Part shown: piece after piece, positions 33,413 to 42,236 of the stretch | Numbering within the stretch: the stretch's first letter is position 1 | Layout: each line of letters starts with the position of its first letter | From: an uncultured Alphaproteobacteria bacterium | GTDB taxonomy: Bacteria > Pseudomonadota > Alphaproteobacteria > RS24 | Assembly: GCA_938091085.1 (NCBI GenBank) | Contig: CALKOC010000021.1 | Location: 8,487-72,486, forward strand | Length of the DNA stretch: 64,000 nucleotides | Direction: 5' to 3' | Made by a program: the position numbers and the translations under genes | The notes under the pieces: generated by a model | What the model was told of the DNA's origin: nothing | Seen by the model: only the letters and a program-made list of their open reading frames with translations | The model's database searches: none

Positions 33413-33595
33413 TTAGTCGGTTGTTTGGTCGTCAATCTCGGCACCCGGAGCGTTTCTTTGGCATGACTCGATGCCGTTTATTGCATTTTGTTTGGTGGTA
33501 TAGCCCTCACTCACGCAGAGTGTTTCACCATTTGCCGCGTTGAGTTTCCAGTAAAATTGATCGTCTTTTTGTCTGGCTAAAACGAATGTGCCCAT
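33413..33595 (-). CDS. YegP-family (DUF1508) small protein
   Basis: MGTFVLARQKDDQFYWKLNAANGETLCVSEGYTTKQNAINGIESCQ matches the DUF1508 repeat. ATG at 33595 is preceded by AAGGAAAG. The listed longer ORF start (33637) has no support. Confidence 0.7.
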   Translation of the reverse strand: MGTFVLARQKDDQFYWKLNAANGETLCVSEGYTTKQNAINGIESCQRNAPGAEIDDQTTD

Positions 33596-33727
33596 TTTTG
33601 CTTTCCTTTGTTTTGTTTTTTGTAGGACGCAACGCACAAAATAATATGAAAATATAACGGCTTTCAGGATTGCCGAGACAGCCTGTTAAGTCAAGTCGGA
33701 TAAAAGTGCTTGTCGGGAATGCGGGGG

Positions 33728-34939
33728 TTAAACCCGCTTCATGACCAGCGAGCCATTGGTGCCGCCAAAGCCAAAGGAGTTTGACAGCACGCAGTTCAGA
33801 CCTGCGTTTTCGCGGGTTTCCTGAACGATTGGCATATCGGCAAAATCCGGATCCAGTTCTTCAATATGCGCTGAAGCAGCGATGAAATCGTCTTGCATCA
33901 TAAGCAGGCTGTAAATTGCTTCTTGTACACCAGCGGCGCCGAGCGAGTGACCGGTCAGAGACTTTGTGGCTGAAATGGGCGGGCAGTCTGCGCCGAAAAC
34001 TTTGCGCAGGGCCTCAATTTCTTTAATATCGCCGACGGGCGTAGAGGTCGCATGCGGGTTAATATAATCAACCGGCACATCCAAATCTTTCATGGCCATT
34101 TCCATGCAACGTATCGCGCCTTCACCGGAGGGTTGCACCATGTCATGTCCGTCAGAGGTTGCACCATAACCGGAAACCTCTGCATAAATTTTTGCACCAC
34201 GTTTTTGCGCGCGCTCCATTTCTTCAAGCACCAGAACACCTGCGCCACCGGCGATGACAAAGCCATCGCGGTTTTTATCATATGCTCGGCTGGCTGTGGC
34301 AGGGGTATCATTATATTTGCTGGACATAGCGCCCATGGCATCAAAGAGAGAAGAAAGGGACCATTCCAAAGCTTCGCCGCCACCGGCAAACATGACATCC
34401 TGCTTGCCCCATTGAATCATTTCGGCTGCATTGCCAATACAATGTGTAGAGGTCGCGCATGCAGATGAGATTGAGTAATTAATGCCTTTAATGCCAAACG
34501 GGGTGGCGAGTGTCGCAGAATTGGTTGAGGACATGCATTTTGGAACGGCGAATGGACCAATTCTTTTTGGGCCGCTAGCGCGCGTGGTGTCGGCTGCTTC
34601 AACAAGCGTGCGTGTGCTAGGGCCGCCTGAACCCATAATGAGGCCGGTCATTGGATTGATGATGTCATTTTCTTCTAGACCTGCATCTGCAATGGCCTGT
34701 TCCATTGCAACATAATTCCAAGCCGCACCTTCACCCATAAACCTGCGGACGCGTTTGTCGACACTCGCTTCAATATCCAGTGACGGCATACCGTATATTT
34801 GAGACCGAAAACCAAGTTCAACATATTTTTCGGCGCGGGAAATTCCTGACTTGCCGTTTTTTAAGCTTTCAGAAACCTCAGCGGCAGAATTGCCGATGCA
34901 CGAAACAATCCCGATACCTGTAATGGCAACACGTCTCAT
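33728..34939 (-). CDS. fabB: 3-oxoacyl-[ACP] synthase I
   Basis: 403 aa KAS fold with active-site Cys (ISSACATS) and His motifs ([14 protein letters not shown]). Lies immediately downstream of fabA. Confidence 0.92.
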   Translation of the reverse strand: MRRVAITGIGIVSCIGNSAAEVSESLKNGKSGISRAEKYVELGFRSQIYGMPSLDIEASVDKRVRRFMGEGAAWNYVAMEQAIADAGLEENDIINPMTGLIMGSGGPSTRTLVEAADTTRASGPKRIGPFAVPKCMSSTNSATLATPFGIKGINYSISSACATSTHCIGNAAEMIQWGKQDVMFAGGGEALEWSLSSLFDAMGAMSSKYNDTPATASRAYDKNRDGFVIAGGAGVLVLEEMERAQKRGAKIYAEVSGYGATSDGHDMVQPSGEGAIRCMEMAMKDLDVPVDYINPHATSTPVGDIKEIEALRKVFGADCPPISATKSLTGHSLGAAGVQEAIYSLLMMQDDFIAASAHIEELDPDFADMPIVQETRENAGLNCVLSNSFGFGGTNGSLVMKRV

Positions 34940-34956
34940 ATTTTATCCTTTTTGCT

Positions 34957-35469
34957 TCAAAGCTGTCCGGCTTTGAAAAGGCCGACTCTTAAATCTTTGG
35001 CTGTATAAATCTCTTTGCCATCAACTCTCATGATGCCATCCGCGAGACACATAACAAGCGCACGCGCAATGACACGTTTAATATTAATTTCGTATGTTAT
35101 TAATTTTGCGTCAGGCTCTACTTGACCGACAAATTTTACTTCCCCAGCACCCAGAGCACGCCCGCGCCCCTCTTGCCCGGCCCATAATGGGAAAAATCCA
35201 ACAAGTTGCCACATGGCATCCAAGCCGAGGCAACCGGGCATAACTGGGTCATTCACAAAATGGCAGTCGAAAAACCATAAATCTGGCTTTACATCAAGTT
35301 CTGCAGTCATGATGCCTTTATCATAAGTACCGCCGGTATCGGATATTTGCGTAATGCGGTCAAACATCAGCATGGGCGGTGTTGGTAGACGCCCATTTTC
35401 GGGGCCAAATAGATTGCCATTGGCGCAATCAATAAGTTCGTCATAATTGTAAGAGTTTTTAATTGTCAT
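34957..35469 (-). CDS. fabA: 3-hydroxydecanoyl-[ACP] dehydratase / trans-2-decenoyl-ACP isomerase
   Basis: 170 aa. [26 protein letters not shown] active-site region. Confidence 0.95.
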   Translation of the reverse strand: MTIKNSYNYDELIDCANGNLFGPENGRLPTPPMLMFDRITQISDTGGTYDKGIMTAELDVKPDLWFFDCHFVNDPVMPGCLGLDAMWQLVGFFPLWAGQEGRGRALGAGEVKFVGQVEPDAKLITYEINIKRVIARALVMCLADGIMRVDGKEIYTAKDLRVGLFKAGQL

Positions 35470-35603
35470 TGTTTGATCATATTTTCTAGGGACTTTTTCA
35501 TTAAAATTAGGGCGCTATGCTATAAAAAGATTAGCATAAATTGAATGTTTGTGTTGCAAAATCCATGACGGCTGAACAGAAAAGCTTGTAATCTTCTCTA
35601 GTT

Positions 35604-35620
35604 TATAATAATTATAATTT
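35604..35620. promoter_or_regulatory. Fur-box-like AT hexamer array upstream of irr
   Basis: ATAATAATTATAATTTT matches 13 of 17 positions of the core of the classical Fur box ATAATGATAATCATTAT by hand alignment. It lies about 25 nt upstream of the irr ATG. Confidence 0.25.
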
Positions 35621-35641
35621 TCAAGTTGTTTAACAAAGATT

Positions 35642-36091
35642 ATGGTTACGATGGAAAAATTTAACGCCCATACGAATCAAACCGAAAGTCACCAAACGCT
35701 TACTGATAAATTGCGTGGGGTGGGTTTGCGTGCAACCCGACAAAGACTGGATATTGGAAGCCTTCTTTTTTCAGGAAAAGATCGTCATGTGACGGCTGAA
35801 AGTTTACATGATGAGGCAACCGCAGCTGGCATGAAGATTTCACTGGCAACAATTTATAATGCCCTGAACCAGTTCACGGATGCCGGACTTCTCCGAGAGG
35901 TTCTCGTTGATCCTTCGCGCACCTATTTTGATACAAATACATCTTCTCATCACCACTTTTTTAATATTGATAATGGTCATCTGACAGATATTCCGCATGA
36001 CGAAATCAATGTTTCCTGCCTTCCAACTTTACCGGAAGGGCAGATTATTGATGGTGTGGATGTTTTGATAAAAATTAAGCCTAAATCATAA
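35642..36091 (+). CDS. irr: Iron response regulator Irr (Fur family)
   Basis: 149 aa Fur-family fold (LRATRQRLDIGSLLF...ISLATIYNALNQFTDAGLL) with the Irr-type HHH motif (TSSHHHFF). Divergent from fabA-fabB, as in many Alphaproteobacteria. Confidence 0.8.
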   Translation: MVTMEKFNAHTNQTESHQTLTDKLRGVGLRATRQRLDIGSLLFSGKDRHVTAESLHDEATAAGMKISLATIYNALNQFTDAGLLREVLVDPSRTYFDTNTSSHHHFFNIDNGHLTDIPHDEINVSCLPTLPEGQIIDGVDVLIKIKPKS

Positions 36092-36098
36092 TTTTTTA

Positions 36099-36115
36099 TT
36101 TAGAACTATTCTAAA
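36099..36115. promoter_or_regulatory. Iron control element (Irr operator): TTTAGAA-CTA-TTCTAAA
   Basis: Exact match to the published ICE palindrome TTTAGAA-N3-TTCTAAA. It begins 8 nt after the irr stop and ends 3 nt before a TTGACA -35 box. Confidence 0.75.
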
Positions 36116-36118
36116 CTA

Positions 36119-36146
36119 TTGACATATCTTCTTTAAGCCTTATATA
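36119..36146 (+). promoter_or_regulatory. Sigma-70-type promoter of the rubrerythrin operon
   Basis: TTGACA (36119-36124), 16-nt spacer, TATATA (36141-36146). Confidence 0.55.
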
Positions 36147-36232
36147 GTTCCTAAGAGAGTTAGGGAAAGCCCTTTTCTCTTTATTACTAGCTTTTCGGAT
36201 TGGCCGAAAAGCATGCTTGGAGGAAGATGATA

Positions 36233-36649
36233 ATGTCACTCGCAGACTCAAAAACTCTAGAAAACCTGAAGGACGCATTTGCCGGTGAAAGCCAGGCAAA
36301 CCGTCGCTACCTTTACTTCGCGCAAAAGGCCGATGTGGAGGGATATAACGATGTTGCTACTGTATTTCGCTCGACTGCTGAAGGCGAAACAGGCCACGCA
36401 CATGGTCACCTCGAATTTCTTGAAGAAGTTGGGGATCCTGCAACTGGTGAGCCAATCGGTTCAACAGCTGCAAACCTGAAGGCTTCAATTGCCGGTGAAA
36501 CACACGAATACACAGACATGTATCCCGGTATGGCACGTACTGCACGTGAAGAAGGCTTTGATGAAATTGCTGACTGGTTTGAAACACTCGCCAAAGCGGA
36601 GAAATCCCATGCTGGCCGTTTCCAGAAAGCACTGGATTCAATGGATTAA
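36233..36649 (+). CDS. Rubrerythrin-family diiron protein (ferritin-like domain only, no rubredoxin domain)
   Basis: 138 aa. Diiron ligand pattern ...GESQANRRY...[10 protein letters not shown]...AGETHEY...[13 protein letters not shown] 36233 has GGAGGAAG 6-7 nt upstream. Confidence 0.85.
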   Translation: MSLADSKTLENLKDAFAGESQANRRYLYFAQKADVEGYNDVATVFRSTAEGETGHAHGHLEFLEEVGDPATGEPIGSTAANLKASIAGETHEYTDMYPGMARTAREEGFDEIADWFETLAKAEKSHAGRFQKALDSMD

Positions 36650-36678
36650 TTTCCACTCTGTGTCTCTTTGAGACATAT

Positions 36679-36733
36679 GAGACTCTTGGAGACTATGGCG
36701 GATATCGCCATAGTCTCTGTGGTCTCTTTTATT
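36679..36733 (+). terminator. Long interrupted hairpin plus T tract between the rubrerythrin and Fe-S genes (terminator/attenuator or processing site)
   Basis: GAGAC-TCTTG-GAGACTATGGCG-GATAT-CGCCATAGTCTC-TGTG-GTCTC gives a perfect 12-bp inner stem and a 5-bp outer stem. TTTTATT follows at 36727-36733. The next ATG is at 36750. Confidence 0.55.
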
Positions 36734-36749
36734 AAAAAAGGAATAACCT

Positions 36750-38102
36750 ATGAAAGAGGGCAGCACAGAAGCGCCAATTCGTTACCCCTTGGATTGGCAT
36801 AGCGAAGAATTTTATGACCGCGCAGCGCTTGACGAAGAAGCGCGCCGTCAATTTGATGTTTGTCACGGTTGCAGACGCTGTTTTAACCTCTGCGATAGTT
36901 TCCCGCGCCTATTTGACCTCATTGATGAGTCCGAATCCGGTGAGCTTGATACTGTCGCTAGTGATGATTTCGGCCCTATTATTGATGGCTGCACCATGTG
37001 CGATATGTGCTTCATGACAAAATGCCCATATGTGCCACCGCATGAATTTAACCTCGATTTCCCGCATCTTATGCTTCGCTATCGCGCTGTGGAATTGAAA
37101 GAAAAAGGCAAGGCGCCTTTTACTCAAAACCAGCTTGCTCAAATGGACAGAAATGGCTCGCTTGCTGAAAAAGTATCCGGTCTTGCCAATTGGGGATCCT
37201 CTAAAGGGAACGCGCTTACGCGGCCTATCATGTCAGCGACTTTGGGCATTGATAAAAATGTTGAATTACCAAAATTTACCGGTGAAACATTTATGAAGCG
37301 TGCAGAAAAATCTGCAAAGAATGGTGAGTTAGAGCCAAATAAAGAGGGCACTGCTCAAGACAGGAAAGCGCTTATCTACGCTACATGTTCAGTTAATTAT
37401 AACAATCCCGGTGTAGGTGAAGCCGCACTCAAAGTGCTGACCCATCTTGGTGTTTCCGTGAAAACAGATTATCCGGGCTGTTGCGGCATGCCTTATTTGG
37501 AGCAGGGCAATCTTGAGAAAGTGGCTCAAAATGCCGCGAGTGTCTCGGCTGCGCTGCGCCCTTATATTGACGAGGGGTATGATATTCTGACCCTGACGGC
37601 CAGTTGTGGATTGATGTTCAAATTTGAGTGGCCCTTAATCGTGCCAGATAATGAGGATGTGAAAGCCCTGAGCGCTGCGACACGAGATATTAGCGAATAT
37701 ATTGTTCAAATCGCTGATAAAAACGGCCTTCCCGATGGTCTTCAAACGATAGAAGGCGGGGTGCAGGTGCATCTGGCCTGTCATGCTCGCGCCCAAAATA
37801 TGGGGCCAAAGTCAGCAGATCTATTGCGCCTCATTCCTGATGCCGACATTGGGGTCATTGAGCGTTGTTCCGGTCATGGTGGCACTTTCGGTGTTATGAA
37901 AGACACCCATGAGCTTGCTGTGAAAGTCGGTAAACCAGTCGCACGTAATGTCGCTAAATCTGAAGCTAAGATTATTGTTTCAGATTGTCCGCTCGCGGCA
38001 AAACATATTGTTCAAGGAGTCGAATATCTTGACTCATCTGCAAAACTGCCGGAGGCCGCCCACCCTGTAGAGGTATTCGCGCGCGCTTATGGTCTAATAT
38101 AA
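36750..38102 (+). CDS. Fe-S oxidoreductase with two ferredoxin-type 4Fe-4S motifs and two CCG domains (HdrD/GlpC/GlcF-like)
   Basis: CHGCRRCFNLCDSFP and CTMCDMCFMTKCPYVPP motifs, then the CCG-type cysteine patterns (CSVNYN...CCGMPY; LACHAR...CSGHGG). AAGGAA SD before the ATG. Confidence 0.8.
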   Translation: MKEGSTEAPIRYPLDWHSEEFYDRAALDEEARRQFDVCHGCRRCFNLCDSFPRLFDLIDESESGELDTVASDDFGPIIDGCTMCDMCFMTKCPYVPPHEFNLDFPHLMLRYRAVELKEKGKAPFTQNQLAQMDRNGSLAEKVSGLANWGSSKGNALTRPIMSATLGIDKNVELPKFTGETFMKRAEKSAKNGELEPNKEGTAQDRKALIYATCSVNYNNPGVGEAALKVLTHLGVSVKTDYPGCCGMPYLEQGNLEKVAQNAASVSAALRPYIDEGYDILTLTASCGLMFKFEWPLIVPDNEDVKALSAATRDISEYIVQIADKNGLPDGLQTIEGGVQVHLACHARAQNMGPKSADLLRLIPDADIGVIERCSGHGGTFGVMKDTHELAVKVGKPVARNVAKSEAKIIVSDCPLAAKHIVQGVEYLDSSAKLPEAAHPVEVFARAYGLI

Positions 38103-38708
38103 ATGGAGAGTTTTATGTCTGAAGCTAACAGAGCAATCACCCCTGAAGATATTGTGCCTATGACGACTTATGTCGCCGAACGTAAGGAAAGACGTCAGGC
38201 CGTTCTTGCACTCAAAAAACCGCGTCGGATTGAAATTGGGCCGGTCGCAACATTTTATTTTGAAAATTACGCGACCATGCTGGCTCAAATTCAAGAGATG
38301 CTTTACATCGAAAAAGGTGGAGATGAGCAGCTTGAAGATGAGCTGACAGCCTATAATCCGATGATACCGGATGGCTGTGAATTGACTGCAACTTTGATGT
38401 TTGAAATAGATGATCCTCAGCGTCGCGGTTCCATTTTACGCCGTCTGACGGATGTTGAATTGACAGCTTACATTGAGGTGGCCGGTGAGAAGATATTCGC
38501 TGTTCCAGAACAGGAAGTCGAACGAACAGCCGCTGACGGCAAGACGTCATCTGTTCATTTTTTACACTTCCCGTTTACGGCAGAGCAAATTGCGGCTTTC
38601 AAAGATACGAATAATCAAGCCATTCTAGGCATTGGTCATGAGAATTACGCACATATGACGATTTTGTCAGAAGAGTCGCGTGCCTCTCTGGCCGGAGATT
38701 TTGATTAA
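38103..38708 (+). CDS. DUF3501-family protein (function unknown)
   Basis: 201 aa. Recognised from the pattern ...RRIEIGPVATFYFENYATMLAQIQEMLYIEK...AYNPMIPDG.ELTATLMFEIDD...SSVHFLHF. The start directly follows the upstream TAA, and ATG 38115 is an alternative. Confidence 0.65.
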   Translation: MESFMSEANRAITPEDIVPMTTYVAERKERRQAVLALKKPRRIEIGPVATFYFENYATMLAQIQEMLYIEKGGDEQLEDELTAYNPMIPDGCELTATLMFEIDDPQRRGSILRRLTDVELTAYIEVAGEKIFAVPEQEVERTAADGKTSSVHFLHFPFTAEQIAAFKDTNNQAILGIGHENYAHMTILSEESRASLAGDFD

Positions 38709-38709
38709 G

Positions 38710-39249
38710 CTATTTTTCCGCAAACTCATGTGGATAGACGCCCCATAGCGCCACACGGGGCGTCCAGCCCCGATATCCGCTCACACGGATATCACACCAT
38801 TCACCACTGCAGTCTTCAAGCTCGGCAACTATGCCGGGCTGAAGATATGCGGTAATCACAGCCTTTTCATCAGGTCTTTTGCGTAGTTTATGGGCTGTTG
38901 GGTTTTGATGTAGCACGACGCTTCGTTTGCCGCGCAGAAGATTTGCCTGTATCCATCCTATGTCGCCGTCATAATCTCTGATTTTTCGCCAATTGCTATT
39001 TTCATCTAAAATTTCAACCGGCCATCCTACGCGTTTAAAGGTTAATAGGGCAGGGTATTGGGTGCCGGGACCTTGTCTTAAATTTACTGGGTTGCCTTTA
39101 ATGCTGACAAATCTTGGCAGGGGTAGGCCGCTTGCCCCCCGCTTGCCGGGTTCGGCATAGCTTGGGAATGCAAGAGTTGATGAGAGGACGACCACAATTA
39201 AAGCAGCAACAAAAAAACGAAAACGCCGCGCAAAGAATACTGAAATCAT
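38710..39249 (-). CDS. Exported bacterial SH3-like domain protein (DUF1058-type)
   Basis: N-terminal signal peptide (…LAFPSYA-EP) and two SH3-like segments (PLPRFVSIKGNPVNLRQGPG...GWPVEI...W.KI.D.DG..GW). Its stop is 1 nt from the convergent DUF3501 stop. Confidence 0.6.
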   Translation of the reverse strand: MISVFFARRFRFFVAALIVVVLSSTLAFPSYAEPGKRGASGLPLPRFVSIKGNPVNLRQGPGTQYPALLTFKRVGWPVEILDENSNWRKIRDYDGDIGWIQANLLRGKRSVVLHQNPTAHKLRKRPDEKAVITAYLQPGIVAELEDCSGEWCDIRVSGYRGWTPRVALWGVYPHEFAEK

Positions 39250-39400
39250 AAATATGCCTCATGGAACCAAAAATAATAAGATCCGCATCACCGATTTGCT
39301 TACCTTAATGCCTTATTTAATCTCAAATCGTCTATTCGGATAGAATTAATGCTAAAAAAAGTTTTGCCGGACTGCAGCATTTGCTACACCTTATCAGGAT

Positions 39401-40399
39401 ATGACCGGAAAATCTGCCAAAGTAATTGTTCTTAGAAAACTCCCAGCCGCCATTGAAACCAGAATGGCTGAGCTTTTTGATGTGGAATTCAGCAATGAAG
39501 ATCGCCACCTCGGTAAAGAAGAGATCGCTTCTGCTATGGCGCGGGCGGATGTATTGGTTTCAACTGTCACTGACACCATTAACGCAGAATTGATTGAGAA
39601 TGCTGGCGACCAGTTGAAGCTCATCGCGAATTTTGGCAATGGCGTTGATAATATAGATGTTGATGCGGCCTATGTTCGGAATATTACCGTGACAAATACG
39701 CCGAGCGTGCTGACCGAAGATACGGCAGATATGGTTATGGCACTCATATTGGCGCTCCCCCGACGTATGGTAGAAGGTGATCGTATAATGCGTGAGCCTG
39801 GAAGTTTCACCGGCTGGTCACCCAATTGGATGCTGGGTCGGCGACTGGGAGGCAAGAAGCTTGGCATTGTTGGCATGGGGCGTATCGGGCAAGCAGTTGC
39901 GAAGCGCGCAATAGCCTTTGGCCTGGAAATTCATTATCACAACCGCAATCGTGTGCATGAAGAAATTGAACAGGAGCTTGGCGCCACATACTGGGATAGT
40001 CTGGATCGCTTGCTCGGCCATGTTGATTTTGTATCCGCAAATTGTCCGAGTACACCGGCAACTTATCACCTCATCGGGCCACGCCGGATGAAGCTACTGA
40101 AACAGGGAGCGTATTTGATTAATGCCTCGCGGGGTCAGGTGCTTGATGAAGATGCGCTGGCTGATGCACTTGAGGAAAACCGTCTTGGCGGCGCAGCGCT
40201 GGATGTTTTTGAACGTGAGCCTGCTGTTAATCCACGCCTGTTGGAATTCCAAAATGTTATTCTTCTACCTCATATGAGTTCGGCAACTATCGAGGGTAGA
40301 CTTGGCATGGGTGAGAAGGTGCTAATAAATATTCGCACTTTTCTGGACGGGCATCGCCCGCCGGATCGTGTATTACCGTCGCTTGCTTCAGATAATTAA
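39401..40399 (+). CDS. D-isomer-specific 2-hydroxyacid dehydrogenase (glyoxylate/hydroxypyruvate reductase-like)
   Basis: 332 aa. NAD-binding motif GIVGMGRIGQAVAKRA. Catalytic region INASRG...D..AL......L.GAALDVFE.EP...LPHMSSAT. Confidence 0.87.
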   Translation: MTGKSAKVIVLRKLPAAIETRMAELFDVEFSNEDRHLGKEEIASAMARADVLVSTVTDTINAELIENAGDQLKLIANFGNGVDNIDVDAAYVRNITVTNTPSVLTEDTADMVMALILALPRRMVEGDRIMREPGSFTGWSPNWMLGRRLGGKKLGIVGMGRIGQAVAKRAIAFGLEIHYHNRNRVHEEIEQELGATYWDSLDRLLGHVDFVSANCPSTPATYHLIGPRRMKLLKQGAYLINASRGQVLDEDALADALEENRLGGAALDVFEREPAVNPRLLEFQNVILLPHMSSATIEGRLGMGEKVLINIRTFLDGHRPPDRVLPSLASDN

Positions 40400-40448
40400 G
40401 CATGCCTTCTGTGCATGAGCGCCACATTAGAATATTTGAGAATGATGG

Positions 40449-41270
40449 TTATGAATGTGAAGACAAGTCACTAATTGTTGGCGAGTTCCCGTTCAGGGGG
40501 TTGGATGGATCCCATGGGAGTCCCACTACCCTTGCGGTGGCTGCCAGACCATCATAAATCATCAGTCGCCCGGCGAGGCTGTCCCCCGCGCCGGTAATTT
40601 CCTTAATCACCTCTAGCGCTTGAAGACTTCCCATTACGCCCGTCAATGCGCCAATTATGCCTGTCGTAGAACAATCATCAGTTTCTGTTGCCCTCATACT
40701 GTCTGGGACGAGTGACCTATAACAAGGATAGGGCGTTCCGTTAGTATCTTTCATATAGGCTTTAAAGGTTGTTAATTGGCCATCAAATCGACCTACGGCT
40801 GCTGATACAAGCGGTTTAGCAGCAAAATAACAGGCATCATTAACCAAAAACCGGGTCGCAAAATTATCGCAGCCATCGGCGATAACATCATGGGCATCTA
40901 TCAAGGCTTTTGCATTATCAGCCGTCAGACGCGCTTCAATCGGTGTAACTTTACAATCAGGATTGAGTTTTGACAGAAATCTTGCAGCACAGACAGCTTT
41001 GGGCAGTCCAATGTCGTCATGATTGAAAAGCACTTGCCGTTGAAGATTGGAGAGGGAAACCACATCATCATCTATTAGGCTGATAGAGCCAACACCCGCA
41101 GCAGCGAGATAAGCCAAGAGAGATGCGCCCAAACCACCAGCGCCGATAACCAACACACGCGCTAAGGAGAGTTTCTGTTGTCCCGCCCCCCCAATTTCTT
41201 TGAGGACGAGGTGACGCGCATAACGCTCTGTGTAGTTAGCGTTTTCCGGCAGACCATCACTGCCAGACAT
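40449..41270 (-). CDS. moeB: ThiF/MoeB/HesA-family adenylyltransferase (E1-like)
   Basis: RYARHLVLKEIGGAGQQKL...VLVIGAGGLGASLLAYLAAAGVG. 273 aa with no rhodanese domain. The start overlaps the cysK stop (TAATG). Confidence 0.78.
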   Translation of the reverse strand: MSGSDGLPENANYTERYARHLVLKEIGGAGQQKLSLARVLVIGAGGLGASLLAYLAAAGVGSISLIDDDVVSLSNLQRQVLFNHDDIGLPKAVCAARFLSKLNPDCKVTPIEARLTADNAKALIDAHDVIADGCDNFATRFLVNDACYFAAKPLVSAAVGRFDGQLTTFKAYMKDTNGTPYPCYRSLVPDSMRATETDDCSTTGIIGALTGVMGSLQALEVIKEITGAGDSLAGRLMIYDGLAATARVVGLPWDPSNPLNGNSPTISDLSSHS

Positions 41271-42220
41271 TAAAGACCTTCGAACAATGCTGTTGAGAGA
41301 TAACGCTCTGCAAAACTTGGAATAATCACGACAATCCGTTTTCCGGCCATGTCGGGCATAGCGGCAACTTCAAGAGCTGCTGCAGTAGCTGCGCCCGAGG
41401 AAATGCCGCCTGGAATGCCTTCGGTTCTGGCAAGACGCCTGGCAGTTTCAAAAGCGGTTTCATTACCAATGGTCACAACACCATCTATGAGTGACTCATC
41501 AAGATTGCCGGGTTTAAAGCCCGCGCCAATACCTTGAATTTTATGGGGGCCTGGGTCACCACCTGACAGGACCGGACTGTCTTCCGGTTCAACAGCATAA
41601 ATTTTAATATCAGGATTATGTTGTTTCAAAATGCTCCCAATACCGGTCAGTGTGCCTGCCGTGCCGACGCCAGAAATTATGGCATCTAATTTGCCATCCG
41701 TATCAGCCAGAATTTCTTGCGCGGTGGTGTTGCGATGAATTTCAGGATTTGCGGGGTTGTCGAATTGCTGGGGCATGACCGCATTATCAAGATTAGTGAT
41801 AAGTTCCTCGGCTTTGGCAATCGCGCCCTTCATCCCAAGCTCAGCCGGTGTGAGTTCAAGTTCTGCGCCGAGCAGAAGGAGCATTTTTCGTCTTTCGATG
41901 GACATGCTTTCGGGCATGCAAAGAATAAGCCTATAGCCTTTTGCCGCGCAGGCAAAAGCCAAGGCAATGCCTGTATTGCCGGATGTCGGTTCTACAATCA
42001 CTGACTTTTCGGTTAAAAGGCCGCGATTTTCAAGATCCTCAATCATCGCCACACCAATACGATCTTTAACGCTGGCCATCGGATTGAAAAACTCAAGCTT
42101 CAGAAGTATCTCCGCTGAGACCCCATATTGTTCGGGTAGTCGATTGAGACGCACCAGAGGCGTCGCGCCGATTGTTTCGGTTATATTATTATAAATTTTG
42201 CCGCGATTTTCGAATGTCAT
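41270..42220 (-). CDS. cysK: Cysteine synthase A (O-acetylserine sulfhydrylase)
   Basis: PLP-lysine motif [21 protein letters not shown] and [10 protein letters not shown] loops. 316 aa. Confidence 0.92.
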   Translation of the reverse strand: MTFENRGKIYNNITETIGATPLVRLNRLPEQYGVSAEILLKLEFFNPMASVKDRIGVAMIEDLENRGLLTEKSVIVEPTSGNTGIALAFACAAKGYRLILCMPESMSIERRKMLLLLGAELELTPAELGMKGAIAKAEELITNLDNAVMPQQFDNPANPEIHRNTTAQEILADTDGKLDAIISGVGTAGTLTGIGSILKQHNPDIKIYAVEPEDSPVLSGGDPGPHKIQGIGAGFKPGNLDESLIDGVVTIGNETAFETARRLARTEGIPGGISSGAATAAALEVAAMPDMAGKRIVVIIPSFAERYLSTALFEGL

Positions 42221-42236
42221 AGTTATACCTGATTGG

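Noticed and set aside
38729-38737. TGTGGATAG, an 8-of-9 match to the DnaA box.
   Set aside because: A single site inside the 3' end of the SH3-protein coding region, far from dnaA or any AT-rich region. Most likely chance.
40449-42220. A CysO/ThiS/MoaD-like sulfur-carrier gene next to cysK-moeB, which would indicate carrier-dependent cysteine synthesis.
   Set aside because: No small ORF ending in Gly-Gly is present in or around the cluster on either strand. The idea is kept only as a hypothesis in the operon finding.
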